From contig CM097885.1 in NCBI GenBank assembly GCA_044892525.1, positions 53,756,001 to 53,820,000 of the forward strand: a DNA stretch of 64,000 nt, in the 5' to 3' direction. Each line of letters starts with the position of its first letter. Position 1 is the first letter of the stretch. The notes beneath the pieces were generated by a model. That model was not told the origin of the DNA. It searched no databases and saw only the letters and a list, made by a program, of their open reading frames with translations. Source of the stretch: Schmidtea polychroa. Lineage: Eukaryota. The translations under genes were made by a program, and so were the position numbers. Positions 36,372 through 48,200 of the stretch are shown piece by piece.

Positions 36372-37679
36372 ATGGGTTTAAGTTATTACAAAATAACTCT
36401 ATTTTCTTTATTATTCTTTAGCATATTGTGTTTGTCTGTTTACTTTTATTTCCTGAAATATAATACTATGGACTATATTCCTACAAAATATATACCTTAT
36501 GAAGTAGCCCCAAACTGTAAAGAACTATTTCTACATGATACTGATCCAGTGACCTTATATGCAACAGAAAAATGGAGAACACCTCCGAATGAATTAGTTT
36601 CTGATTCTAAACTCTACGAAAATATCGATCAAAACTGTAATTTATTTTTTAAAAATCAAAAATATTTTTTCGCTAAATCTAATAGTGACGAAGAGTCTTT
36701 TCCTATTGCATTCTCAATAGTCGCATATGAAAATGCCTTTCAAGTAGAAAGACTATTGAGAACAATTTATCGACCTTGGAATTATTATTGCATTCATATC
36801 GATAAAAAGTCTTATTCGGGATTTGTCAAAGCCATTAAAAAATTAGTAAATTGTCTCAATTCAGAATTCAACAACACTATCATCTCCAATGACCGTGTTA
36901 ATGTGAAATGGAGTAAAATGTCTGTTTTGGCGGCTGACCTTAGTTGCATGAATGAACTCTTTTATCGATACAAGAAGTGAAAATATTTGATTAATCTTAC
37001 CGGACAAGAGTTTCCTTTGAAAACAAATGCTGAATTTGTTAGTACTCTCAAACTGTATGAAGGTGCAAACAATATAGAGGGAACGTACAAAAACAGAACT
37101 GAAGATCAAGTTCCGACGATTAAAATGCCGATACCGGTTAGTGAAAGGATTTATCTATTCAGTATTTCAGTAAATTAGTTGAATTATATAGTAAATATAA
37201 TATTATATATAAAACTTGATGTGGGTACATGAGTGAGTTGAGCTGAATATGGCGTCAAACTAATTATGTTTTATGATGTACCAGTTGAACCAAAAGAGTT
37301 CTAATTGTAACAGTCTTCCTATGTTACAATGTTGATGATACTTTAATTAGAAGAATATGACTAACAAAGCTGCTACAGGAAGCTCACTGGCAGGCTAGAG
37401 GACAGTTTAATACAATGTAACACAACTATTAGGCAGCCACCAAACAATTAGGTACTAACAGATAAGTATCAACAGCTAGCTATAAATAAAATAAATGAAC
37501 TCTTTTATCGATACAAGAAGTGGAAATATTTGATCAATCTTACCGGACAAGAGTTTCCTTTGAAAACAAATGCTGAATTGGTTAGTACTCTCAAACTATA
37601 TGAAGGTGCAAACAATATAGAGGGAACGTACAAAAACAGAAATGAATATCGCGTTCCGAAAATTAAAATGCTGATTCCG
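36372..37679 (+). pseudogene. GCNT: GCNT copy B: exon 1 (36372-37136) with a premature stop, plus a second partial exon 1 (37494-37679); no exon 2
   Basis: TGA at 36978-36980 where copy C has TGG. The duplication ends at 46700, before the exon-2 position. Confidence 0.9.
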
Positions 37680-37971
37680 GTTAGTGAAAGCATTTGTTTA
37701 TTCAGTATTTTATTAAATTAGTTGAAAATTTCCCACTGGGTGATTACATATTAAATATAATATTATATATAATGCTTGATGTGGGTACATGAGTGAGTTG
37801 ACCTGAATATGTTGTCACATTAATTGTATTTTATAATAACCAGTTAGACCAATAGAGTTCTAATTTTAACAATCATCCTATGCTACAATGATGCTGATAA
37901 TTTGACTAGGCGACTATGATTAATAAAGCTGTTACAGGTAGCAGACTAGGTTGCTAGAGGATAGTCTACCC

Positions 37972-40331
37972 CAGTGTTTCCCAACCTGGGCGATATCGCC
38001 CACTAGTGGGCGATATGAGATTGACGATGGGCGATAGGAAAAGTCGACGAAAAGAAATATAACAGGAAATATATTCAATTATAATAAAATCTCATTCTTC
38101 ACATGATGACGCATAGCACCTAATAACCAGTGCAGATTCAATCTGTCGTGAAAAACAATAGGTGACCAGCTGTATGTATTTCATGTACATTGTACACTGT
38201 ACAGTGACACATAGCGCGTTAGATAAAAGTAGCAATTATCTGCATGCATAAGACTAACATCATGATGTAGCAACGGTGAATTATAACACACATACAGGAC
38301 GGGGCACATGTAGATTTCAGGTATGTTTCATTTTATTAAATTTGGCAGCATTTAGTTATTAATCACGGAATTAGTGGTTTTCACATTGTACCATCATTAT
38401 TATTATTTTGATTCACTCTTACGTAATGCCTCCTAAAATTAAAATTGTGACCCGCAGCTATAATATTGACTACCTCAAATTTGGCTTCATTACTGCTTGC
38501 CATGATGAGCGCATTCCCGCTGTGTTTGCTCTGTAAAAAGACTTTTTCAAATGAAGCAATGAAGCCCTCACGCCTGAAAGACCATCTCAGTCGAGTTCAT
38601 TCTGATAAGGCTACTGAAAGTCTCGCCTATTTCCAGAAATTGGGAAAAGAATACCGGGAACGTGCAACAATTACTTCACTGTTCAAAGCACAAAATTCAA
38701 AGAACGAGGACGGATTGGAAGCTAGTTATGAAATAGCAGCGCTAATTGCCAAATCTGGGAAGCCACACACGATCGGGGAGAACCTCATAATTCCTGCACT
38801 TAGAGTGGTGATGAAAACTATGATGAAAATAGATCCGCATGACGTCCTCTCCCAATTGCCGTTGTCCAACAACTCTGTATCCCGTCGAATAGACGTAATG
38901 GCAGCGAACATTGAGGAGCAGCTTGTGCATAAGTTGCAAGGCACACATTTCACCATGCAATTAGATGAGTCTACCGTTCGTGACAGTGAGGCCGTACTAT
39001 TGGCCTATGTCCGTTTCATTGATGATGGGGCCATGAAAGAGGAATTCTTGTTCGCGCGAACGCTAGTGTCTGATACAACAGTGGAGTCTATATTTCGAGT
39101 CACAGAAAATTATTTCGCAGAAAAACAAATTCCTCCTCTTAATATTCTTGCTTGTGCCACTGATGGCGCCCCATCAATGGTCGGATGCCATCAAGAATTT
39201 ATCACACGACTTAAGAATCTCGTGCCTCACATTTTCGGCATTCACTGCATGCTACACCGAGAGCATTTAGCTGCAAAGAAACTCAGCGGTGACCTTCACC
39301 ATGCTCTGCAAATCGTTATCAGGGCAGTCAACATCATAAAGTCCAACGCTAAATTCGATCGTCTCTTTAAGCAACTGTGTTACAATAAGGACGAGAACTA
39401 TATAAGATTACTCATGCATACTGAAGTAAGGTGGTTATCTAAATGCAAGTGTCTCCGTCGATTTGTGGAACTGTTTGACACAGTATGCACATTTCTTTGC
39501 GACAACGCGCAGTTCATGGAGCTACAAGATTTGTACTTGAAACGTCGGATATATTACCTAGCTGACATTTTCGATAAGCTGAATCAACTTAATAGAGACT
39601 TACAAGGCCCTGGGGTTACCCTTATTCACTGTAAGACCAAAGTCTTAACATTCATGGATAAATTGGATTTGTGGCGGATGCAACTAGATCGGAGATATTT
39701 TGTCAACTTCGCCTCCCTCAACAGTGTTTCAAATGATATCACGGATGCAGAAATAGTCTGCCTCACTCAATATCTTACCAATCTGAAAGACGATATGCGC
39801 TAACGCTATGCAGACATGCAGAATCTCGATATACCAAATTGGGTCACCCTGCCATTTGATGCACAGCCTTTTCTCGAAGATGCTATTCTACAAGAGGAAC
39901 TTCTTGAATTGAAGAATGATTCAGAGGCCAAGGCATCGTTCACCCTCCGTGGTTATCAATCAATGTGGCTACAGTTTCATACCAGGTATCCGCATCTATG
40001 GAGCAAAGTTGAATTGCTTATTCTGGCATTCCCAACAACATGGCTGGTTGAGGCCGGATTCAGTGCGGTGACAAATTTGCTCACTAAAGCTCGAAATCGT
40101 CTGGACATTTGCAAAGCTGGGGACCTACGTATGTTTCTTACTAACATGTCACCTGATATACATACACTAGTAGCTGGACACCAAGCGCAAGGGTCACATT
40201 AATTTCGGTAATTTTAGTGTCGACAATACATAGATTTCTTGGAATTTTTGCAGTTTTAAAATATAGGTGGGCGATTTAGAAATTATTTTAACGAAATTGG
40301 GCGACAAACCAAAAAAGGTTGGGAAACACTG
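37972..40331 (+). mobile_element. hAT Buster/Charlie-type transposon, full length
   Basis: 16-bp TIR CAGTGTTTCCCAACCT. TSD GTCTACCC/GTCTACAC; the empty site GTCTACAC is present in the sister copy at ~61580-61587. Confidence 0.96.
38426..40202 (+). pseudogene. Buster-family transposase with one frameshift (~38515) and one stop (39801-39803)
   Basis: YLKFGF, CLLC...MKPSRLKDHL, QLDEST, TDGAPSM, HCMLHRE, EVRWLS, VEAGFS, RNRL and QAQGSH. Confidence 0.93.
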
Positions 40332-40746
40332 GTCTACACCAACTGGCAATTGATAATCATCTAAAGATTTTTATAATATAAATATTAACTTATCTTTAAT
40401 AAATATGTGTGTCATAGCCAAAACTGACATAGAATTTGCTTTGTGATATTAAATAGGCTATTACATCATAATAAGATAGAAAAAGTCACTGTTGGAAGAA
40501 AAATAAATAAATTCACACAAACATGGTTCACAAAATTTCTATAATAAAAAATACACTTTAAGCTTCTGGTCATAAGCTAAAATATACATAAAAAAATAAG
40601 CTAAACATTTTAAATTCAAATATAAGTATGTATGAATATATATTGGATTCTTCTTCGGAATTAATTATTTCCAGTTAAAGAAATACATAGAAATGTGTAA
40701 GTTTCTCATTAAACTTTAGTTAATTTATAAAACCTTTCTATAGAAT

Positions 40747-43227
40747 TAGGGTTTAACACACGAATATATTCGTCGAATTCTATTCGAATAATCTGTACAA
40801 CATTTGATATTCAATATTCGAATATTCTCTTAAATTATTCGTCGAATAATTAATGGTTCTTTAATTAGCTTAAATTACAAAAAGAAATATAAAAGATGTC
40901 GCTAATTTTATTAATTAATTTCAAATATTTTTTATTTGTTCAAAAGTACGTAGTATAGTAGGCCGTTAGCGTTGTTAAAAAGTTAAATATCAATTGTTTT
41001 TTAAATATCAATTGTTTTATTCAATCGTGATCTAATCATCTATATATGTATAAACACAAAAATATAAGGTAATTACATTTCATTTTAATTTAATATTCTA
41101 AAAATATAAATATAAAGGAACTTTGTTATATTGGAAGAATAGTAACAATTACTTAAGTATAAATATTTTTAAGGATTTAAAATTTCACATTTTTCAGTCC
41201 TTATTAATAAATAATGAGTAATCGGGCTGAAGTTTGGAAGTATTTTAAAAGAAATGGAGACGAGGCCTTTTGTACAAAATGTCCACACAAGGTAACTTGC
41301 AAAGGATCTACTACAACTCCCATGTTAAATCATTTAAAGTTGAAACATATGATGGATCTTACTGCCAAGCGCTTGACAGAAGACAGCTCCAATTTCAATT
41401 CAAAAAAAATATGTACCAGTTCAAGTATTTTAAATTTTGTTACCACGAAAAAACAACAACTTAATGAAATTGTAGCAAGATTAGTTTCTGAGGATGGTTT
41501 CACAGTAAATGGAATAACAAAAAGTTCTTCTATAAGACAATCTATTTCTGATAAAGGATATACTTTACCCAAAAATCCGGCAAAAGTAATGGATTTATTA
41601 ATTTCTTATTTTAAAGAACAAAAAATTATTACAATTGAAAGGTTAAATGAAAGAATAAAAAGTAGTGAAAGATTCAGTCTAACGCTCGATAAATGGACAA
41701 GTCTAGCCAATAAACGATATTTCAATATAAATATTCATTGTAATGATTCGGTTTTTTTCAATTTAGGGATGGTTAGAATAATTGGAGGTTGTGATGCCAT
41801 AGAAACTCAAAGAATTGTAGACAAACATTTAAAAGAATTTGGTATCACATTTGCAAAAGATATTGTTGCATCAACCACTGATGGTGCAAGTGTTATGTGT
41901 AAGTTTGGGCGTGAGAATCCAACACACCACGTTCAATGTATGAATCATGCTATTCATTTAGCTGTGATGGATATGTTCTACAAAAATAACGAGAAACATA
42001 TTTATCAAGAAGAAATATGTGATCCAAATACTTTAGATTCAGAATCAGAATCATATGATGAATTTGATGATGGTGAAAAATTTGTTGAAATTGAAACCGA
42101 ACAAGAGCACCGCATTATTCTTCTACCCAATTACCAAAAAGCAATAACAGAAATTCGAAAGGTCGTGGATTTCTTTAGACGGTCACCCACCAAAAATAGC
42201 ATTTTACAGCGATACGTGAAACAAGAATTTCAAAAAGAAATAAGTTTGATAAGAGATATTAAAATCAGATGGAATTCTCTTGAAGCAATGATCGAAAGAT
42301 TTCTAATGTTATATAGCTGCATAAAAACTAGTTTAATTGAATTAAATGCTATTGATAAAATTTGTGAAATCAATATTACCACTCTTAAAAATATGTTAGC
42401 AGTTCTAGCTCCTTTAAAAGTTGCGGTTCTAGCACTAAGCAGAAAAGATGCTACATTATTAACTTGCGAGACGATAGTTATATTTTTACTTAATAAGTTA
42501 GCGGAAGAAGAATCTGAATTAAGCAAAAAATTTCAAGAAATTTTACTCAAACGTATAAATGAGAGAAAAAATAAAGCAATGGTATCAATATTGAGGTTTC
42601 TGCATAATTTTTCAGCATCAAAAGAAAACAACAAATGGTTTTCTTATTCACCTAGAACCATTACATTATCATATGCCAAAGAACTAATGCAACGATTATT
42701 TTTAAAAGAAGTTAATGTGCAACATAGTAACAGTGAAGAAAACCATGAAATTGTAGTCATTCGTGTTGAACCTGAACCTACATCAATTGCCGATGAGTTA
42801 AATTTAGCAATCACAAAAAGTCAAGCTCCTTCAATCCCAATTAATGGTGATAATTTTAATTCGCTCAACAAAGAATTCCAAATTTATGAAGCCACTGGAG
42901 TAAGATCACGAAATTTGGATTTACTTTATAATGCACTGCTAACAGTTAAACCAACGTCAACCGAGAGTGAACGAGCATTTTCATCTTCTGGAATTGTGGT
43001 ATCAAAACTTAGACCCAGAATGCGAGATGAAGCTATTAATGCTATTGTATTTTTAAAGAGCTGGTTTCAGTCTCATTAATAAATAATATTATAAATAATC
43101 GTTGCTTAATTTTCCTTTTTTATTTCAAAATTTTTTTATCACAGGGTCAAGTAAGTATTCGAAATATTCGAATAATTCGAATATTTAAGAATTTATTATT
43201 TGATATTCGAATATTTGAGAAACCCTA
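40747..43227 (+). mobile_element. hAT Ac/hobo-type transposon, full length
   Basis: TAGGGTTT...AAACCCTA ends, perfect TSD TATAGAAT (40739-40746 and 43228-43235) and ATTCGAAT subterminal repeats. The empty site is in the sister copy at ~61174-61181. Confidence 0.96.
41214..43079 (+). CDS. hAT transposase with BED zinc finger, uninterrupted 621-aa ORF
   Basis: VWKYF..CTKC..HLKLKH, LTLDKWTS, TTDGAS, CMNH, RWNS and STESERAFS. Confidence 0.95.
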   Translation: MSNRAEVWKYFKRNGDEAFCTKCPHKVTCKGSTTTPMLNHLKLKHMMDLTAKRLTEDSSNFNSKKICTSSSILNFVTTKKQQLNEIVARLVSEDGFTVNGITKSSSIRQSISDKGYTLPKNPAKVMDLLISYFKEQKIITIERLNERIKSSERFSLTLDKWTSLANKRYFNINIHCNDSVFFNLGMVRIIGGCDAIETQRIVDKHLKEFGITFAKDIVASTTDGASVMCKFGRENPTHHVQCMNHAIHLAVMDMFYKNNEKHIYQEEICDPNTLDSESESYDEFDDGEKFVEIETEQEHRIILLPNYQKAITEIRKVVDFFRRSPTKNSILQRYVKQEFQKEISLIRDIKIRWNSLEAMIERFLMLYSCIKTSLIELNAIDKICEINITTLKNMLAVLAPLKVAVLALSRKDATLLTCETIVIFLLNKLAEEESELSKKFQEILLKRINERKNKAMVSILRFLHNFSASKENNKWFSYSPRTITLSYAKELMQRLFLKEVNVQHSNSEENHEIVVIRVEPEPTSIADELNLAITKSQAPSIPINGDNFNSLNKEFQIYEATGVRSRNLDLLYNALLTVKPTSTESERAFSSSGIVVSKLRPRMRDEAINAIVFLKSWFQSH

Positions 43228-45189
43228 TATAGAATAACCATAGATGATAAAAAAAAGATTGACGCATTGGAGAGCGGTCACGAATTTACGAAATAACTTT
43301 ATGTTAAGAAAGTTTGTAGAGCCCAGCCGAGTCTCCTTTAAAAATACTGTCTCAACACAGCTGGGTGGATGTATATGTATTTTATTAATAAAAATAATAT
43401 ATACTTTATAGTTCAATTGTCTAAATTACTGTTAATGAATTTACACTTGGAATTCGGATTATAAGTGAATAATAATTTACCATCTGTAAATGTACGGTTT
43501 TGTGGAGTAGTCAATACAAATTTCTGTTAATGAATATATACTGAGTTTGTAAAGATCCGCGTGGACTTGTGATAATATTAGAATTTGAAATGTAGTTGCA
43601 ATTTATATTCCAAATATATTTTTTTATTAATTTTGGTTGGATTTTCTTTTGACATGTTTTAGTTTGAATCTTGGTTGTCTTGTTAATTTCGTTAATTAAT
43701 TTTTTATCCATCTTTTTGTTGTGATTTTGTAAATTACTATAGTAAATTACACTATACAGTTGTATTATTTTTTTTTATGTACTTGATGATAAAAATAACC
43801 GTATACCACAAATCCTAATTACAATTCAAGAATAAATAAAAATATAACAATACATTACAGTTATATTAAATGAAAGAAAATCAGAATAAATCATTTAAAA
43901 TGCATAAAATTTAATATAGAATTTAATATTAAACCTAGAGCAAACCTAGAGACTTATCTTAATTAAAATCAATAAAATGGTTATCAATTGAGCTTTGGTG
44001 TTTGGCTTTACAATTTAACATATTCCAGCAGTAATGCATTAATCCAGTTTATGAGTAGAAATAAACTTTCAACCGCCTGTAAGTTTGTAATTTGTACTCC
44101 TATTTCGTGAACAATAATATGATGTCACCAGGTAGGTGAGTATAGTGAAATGTGACCAAGAGTGACAGCGTGGGTAGGTGGTCCAAAAACGCTCATTTTT
44201 GTAGATAATTTTTAAAACTTTCCCAAAGTTAATTAGAATTATCTAAAGATGTTCCTGAATTGGTCCCAATTTTTATTATTTAATTTTTACAATTAAATTG
44301 TAAAAATTAATAGAAGTCTCAAAAACGTTTCCAAATGAATGCATTAGACGATATGGAATTGTTTGTTGTAAATATTTATTCGTATATTACCGAAAATATT
44401 TGTTGTTGTGTAATAAAACTTGAAATAAATTAGGAAAGCCTAATATTTATTCATTTTTTCTTATGTTTATTTCATTCATATTTCCTATATATTTACATAA
44501 TTGTATTTATATGATACATTTTTTCGTTAAAATTGTATCGTTTTAAACAAAATAGCATGTTTTTGTATTAAAATTTACATTTAAAGCAATTTTAATTAAG
44601 ACAAATGTTTGATTGCTGCCTATTTTATGCGTTATTTATTAAGTTTATTTTTTGACATTTATCTGATTGTATTTTTTCCTATCCATTCCTGTTTTTAGAA
44701 TTCATACTTTCTTTTTTATGACACTGAATTTCCTAATTGATGTAAATAATTTTTTAAGTTTTATTTATTATAATTTATTCAGCACTTATATAGTTACTAT
44801 CCAACTTAATATCTGATAAATTATTAAATAGATTATAAAAACTAAAATTTATTTAATATACATTAGAGAAACTGCCCTGTCATTTTTGCACTAGAATTCT
44901 TGAGCATTGCCGACGGAATGGATTCACCCATATTAGTGATAATTTTAGGAAGTGTACCAGTAAAAAATTAAATATTTCTGATTTAAAAATTTTTTTGTTT
45001 GAATGTTAAGAATTTTTGTGCGTTATTTTTAAATTAAAATAATTTTCACATGATTAAAAATATGTTTTTTATTTTCGAAATGAAAAAATTTATTAAAATA
45101 TTTTTTAGTTTGATACAATTTGATTATGATTATTATTTGTGAATTTGTTTGAATATTCTTATTTTCATTTAGATGTTATTAATACGATT

Positions 45190-45230
45190 CTTAGTCCGAA
45201 GAAGACTTTTAAACAGTCGAAATATATAGT
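45190..45230 (+). ncRNA. Degenerate minimal hammerhead-ribozyme-like motif (mirror copy 59188-59226, minus strand)
   Basis: CCGAAGA-A-GACT(TTTAAAC)AGTC-GAAA-TATATA. The core has C in place of U and stem I pairs poorly. Confidence 0.3.
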
Positions 45231-48200
45231 AATATTAAATTTTAATATACTAAGTTGGCGATTTTCAATTATTAAAACTTTGCCTTCTATCATTGATTAT
45301 TTATTTAATTGCTAATGTTAATGAGATATTTTTATCTCTTAATTCAAATTAAAATTTATTTTTAAATTATTTTTACTTTTTTCTAAAGATATATTTAAAA
45401 AGCTATTGAGAACTAAATTAATTATATTTTAATTACTTTTAATTATATTAAAAGATATGAGACAAAAAAGAAACAAACTGGCCAGAATTAACAAGCATAG
45501 TAGACGCGATGAAACTATTTTTAGAATTGTTTACGCGGTTAAATCTAACTATTTACTAGCTTTGGATTGCTCTTAATTGAATCAGAATTCTATTGCTAAA
45601 TTGTTGATGGTAAATGCGTTCATTATACCAAATTTAGTCGTCATAGGTCCATTAAAAATAGAGCACTTTAATATTGAAATATTAATTGAGCTGTTTACCA
45701 TTGACTTAATTAGTTTGTTGTTTAAAAATTCAAAGGGGAAAATGTTTAATTGGTGTTATTAATTATTGTCGGCGTAATGTCAATTAATGCAGATGACGTA
45801 CTGGTCCGTCAAATAAGTGTCAATAAATAATAAATGTTTATTAATCTTCGATATGCAGGTGTGGATCTAAGTGATTCCAGTTAATTTCAACCACTTTAAC
45901 TTTTATCTGGCAATGTTTTTTAAACAGAACTCAATGAAAAATTTTTTATTCAAAGTAAAAGAAAAAAAATAAACTATTGAAAGCAAAAAGTGCAACTGAT
46001 TATCGAACCATTTCAAATATAGTTGAGAGTAGATGGATTGGCCACTCCTGAATCAATTACCCCCTCCTGCTGAAGATTTTTTTTCTTTAAAATTCCTAGT
46101 ATTTTTATGTAGTTCAAATAAATATTTTCATTTTGATAATTTTCAAAGTTTTTCAGAGTTTTTATCATTTTTCATTTTTTTCAAGCTATTTTCACGTAAT
46201 ATTTCAAACTTTGATGTAGGTTAAATCGACTTTAAAAACAGGCCACCCCTGAATCATGTAGGTCACATCAAAATTATTATTTTTTTTAAGGATTTTTATT
46301 GATTTTTCAGGCCACTGCTTGATCGAATAAATACTGTATAGTTTAATTAAATCGACTTTAAAAAGCATCTATCAATTATGGACTTTTTTTGAAAAGAAAA
46401 CAAACAAACAACTTATCGGTTCTGTTTTTTTGTATTCCTTTATATTTTTGAATTATGTGCCAATCCTCATATCCTTTATGTTTGGAAATAAATTGACAAC
46501 TATCCAACCATTCAGAATTGGTTAAGTGTCATATAAACTGCTCCAATAACAAAGAAATGAACAGTCTTTCATTTGTATTCTAAAGTAAATCAACGATAAA
46601 TAAATAATACGACAAAAACAATTTATTTGAATTATAATAATTGTTCTACAAGATAAAGCTACAGATCTAACTCCATGTGTTCTTGACAGAATAATAATAA
46701 GTAGGTAGTTTGAATGATTATTTAGACAAATTTGTTGTTTAAGGCATTCATTGATAATTTTTAGAGTTGATGGTTTTAGTAAATATTCAAGTAAATTTCT
46801 ATCATTTTTATGAATTTCTAACATTTTTGCAAATTTCATGTTTATTAGATGAATATTTAATAATTTAAAGTTAGTTCTAAGATAAATTTAATTAATTTCT
46901 TGATAATTGGATGTATTTTTATTGACTTGTCTTTTAATTTTAAATAAAAATTATTTTAAATGAGGTTAATAATTAGAGTTTTTACAATGATCAAGTGGTA
47001 GGATAAATTTTGATGAGGATATTGAATAATTTTCTAAGAATTTCATGTTGACTGAAAGAATATTTTAATATTTAAGGTTTTAATGGTGATTCTAATAAAT
47101 TAAAGTGATAAATTTAATTAATTTCTTGATAATTAGTCGTATTTTATTAATTAGTTTTTAAATAAAAACTAATTTCATTGACAATTAGGTTAATAATTGA
47201 GTGATAGAATAAATCTTTGATGATAACTTTGTAATGTATTCGACTTTGTAATTTTTTCAATAATTTTCTAAGAATATTTCCATTTACACATTGATGAACT
47301 TTAAAAAACATAAGCTAAGAAACCAGTTAACTTTAAATTTACTTGAAAATGATTGTAGAATATACTGAAATTTGTGATTTAGTTTCCTATTATTGCTTGA
47401 AAATGATTGGCTGAATCGATGAAGAATTATGATCAATCAATATATATCATCTCTAGTTAGGTATTTGATGGGTGAAATATTTGTAGGAAATCATGAGTTT
47501 ATTATGTTTTTGTTAGATAAGTCGACTTTAGCGTCAAAATGTTTTTAAAATATATTTAAATTTTAAAATATCGCAACGTAATATATTTTTTTCCTACCCT
47601 TCCTTAATTTTGATTGGTTAGTGGGCTCTTATTATTTAGCTTCTAAATTATTTCAATGGAAAAATGTTTGGTGTGTGTAACAGTTTATGAAAATTCATAT
47701 TTTTGAAGTTCTCTAAGGATTTTTAGAGGATTCGTTGAATTAAAGGAGGATATAACCCCAAGTGGCTAGAATTAAAGGATATAGTCGGTTAGATGTTTAA
47801 AGGGGTAGAAATAATTGGTGTGAGATCGGTTAAGCTGGGATATAGTCGGTTAGATTTAATGAGAGATCGGATAAGGTGGGGAAATATGATCTTTTAAGGG
47901 GGATATAGTCGGTTAGATTTAATGAGAGATCGGATAAGGTGGGATTATATGATTTTTTAAGGGTGATGTTGGTAAAATATCAATGTTTTAAGGGAAATGT
48001 CAATACATTAGTCAGTTATGAATCAATAATAATGTGAAATTATATCGTTTTATTAGGTTGTGATTAATGCACAGTAAATTAATTTAGATTTATGGTTTAG
48101 AACAATTTTTTTTTAAATTTTCTAATAATTATCCAGGGTTTTATTAAGTAGTGTTTTTTGACCGATTTACTTGGTTTTGACAATGAAATCTTTACAGATA

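Larger units (their letters stand above)
36205..46700 (+). repeat. Left arm of a recent inverted segmental duplication (partner 57662-62803)
   Basis: Mirror ORF pairs 36372/62636, 43511/60692, 45577/58655, 46033/58193 and 46522/57451. The arms are near-identical apart from two hAT insertions and a partial exon duplication. Confidence 0.96.

Noticed and set aside
36978..36980. TGA as Trp (alternative genetic code) in GCNT copy B
   Set aside because: Sister copies have TGG and other genes use the standard code; it is a nonsense mutation.
43225..46839. Short ORFs conserved between the two duplication arms
   Set aside because: Conservation reflects recent duplication of intron sequence, not coding constraint.
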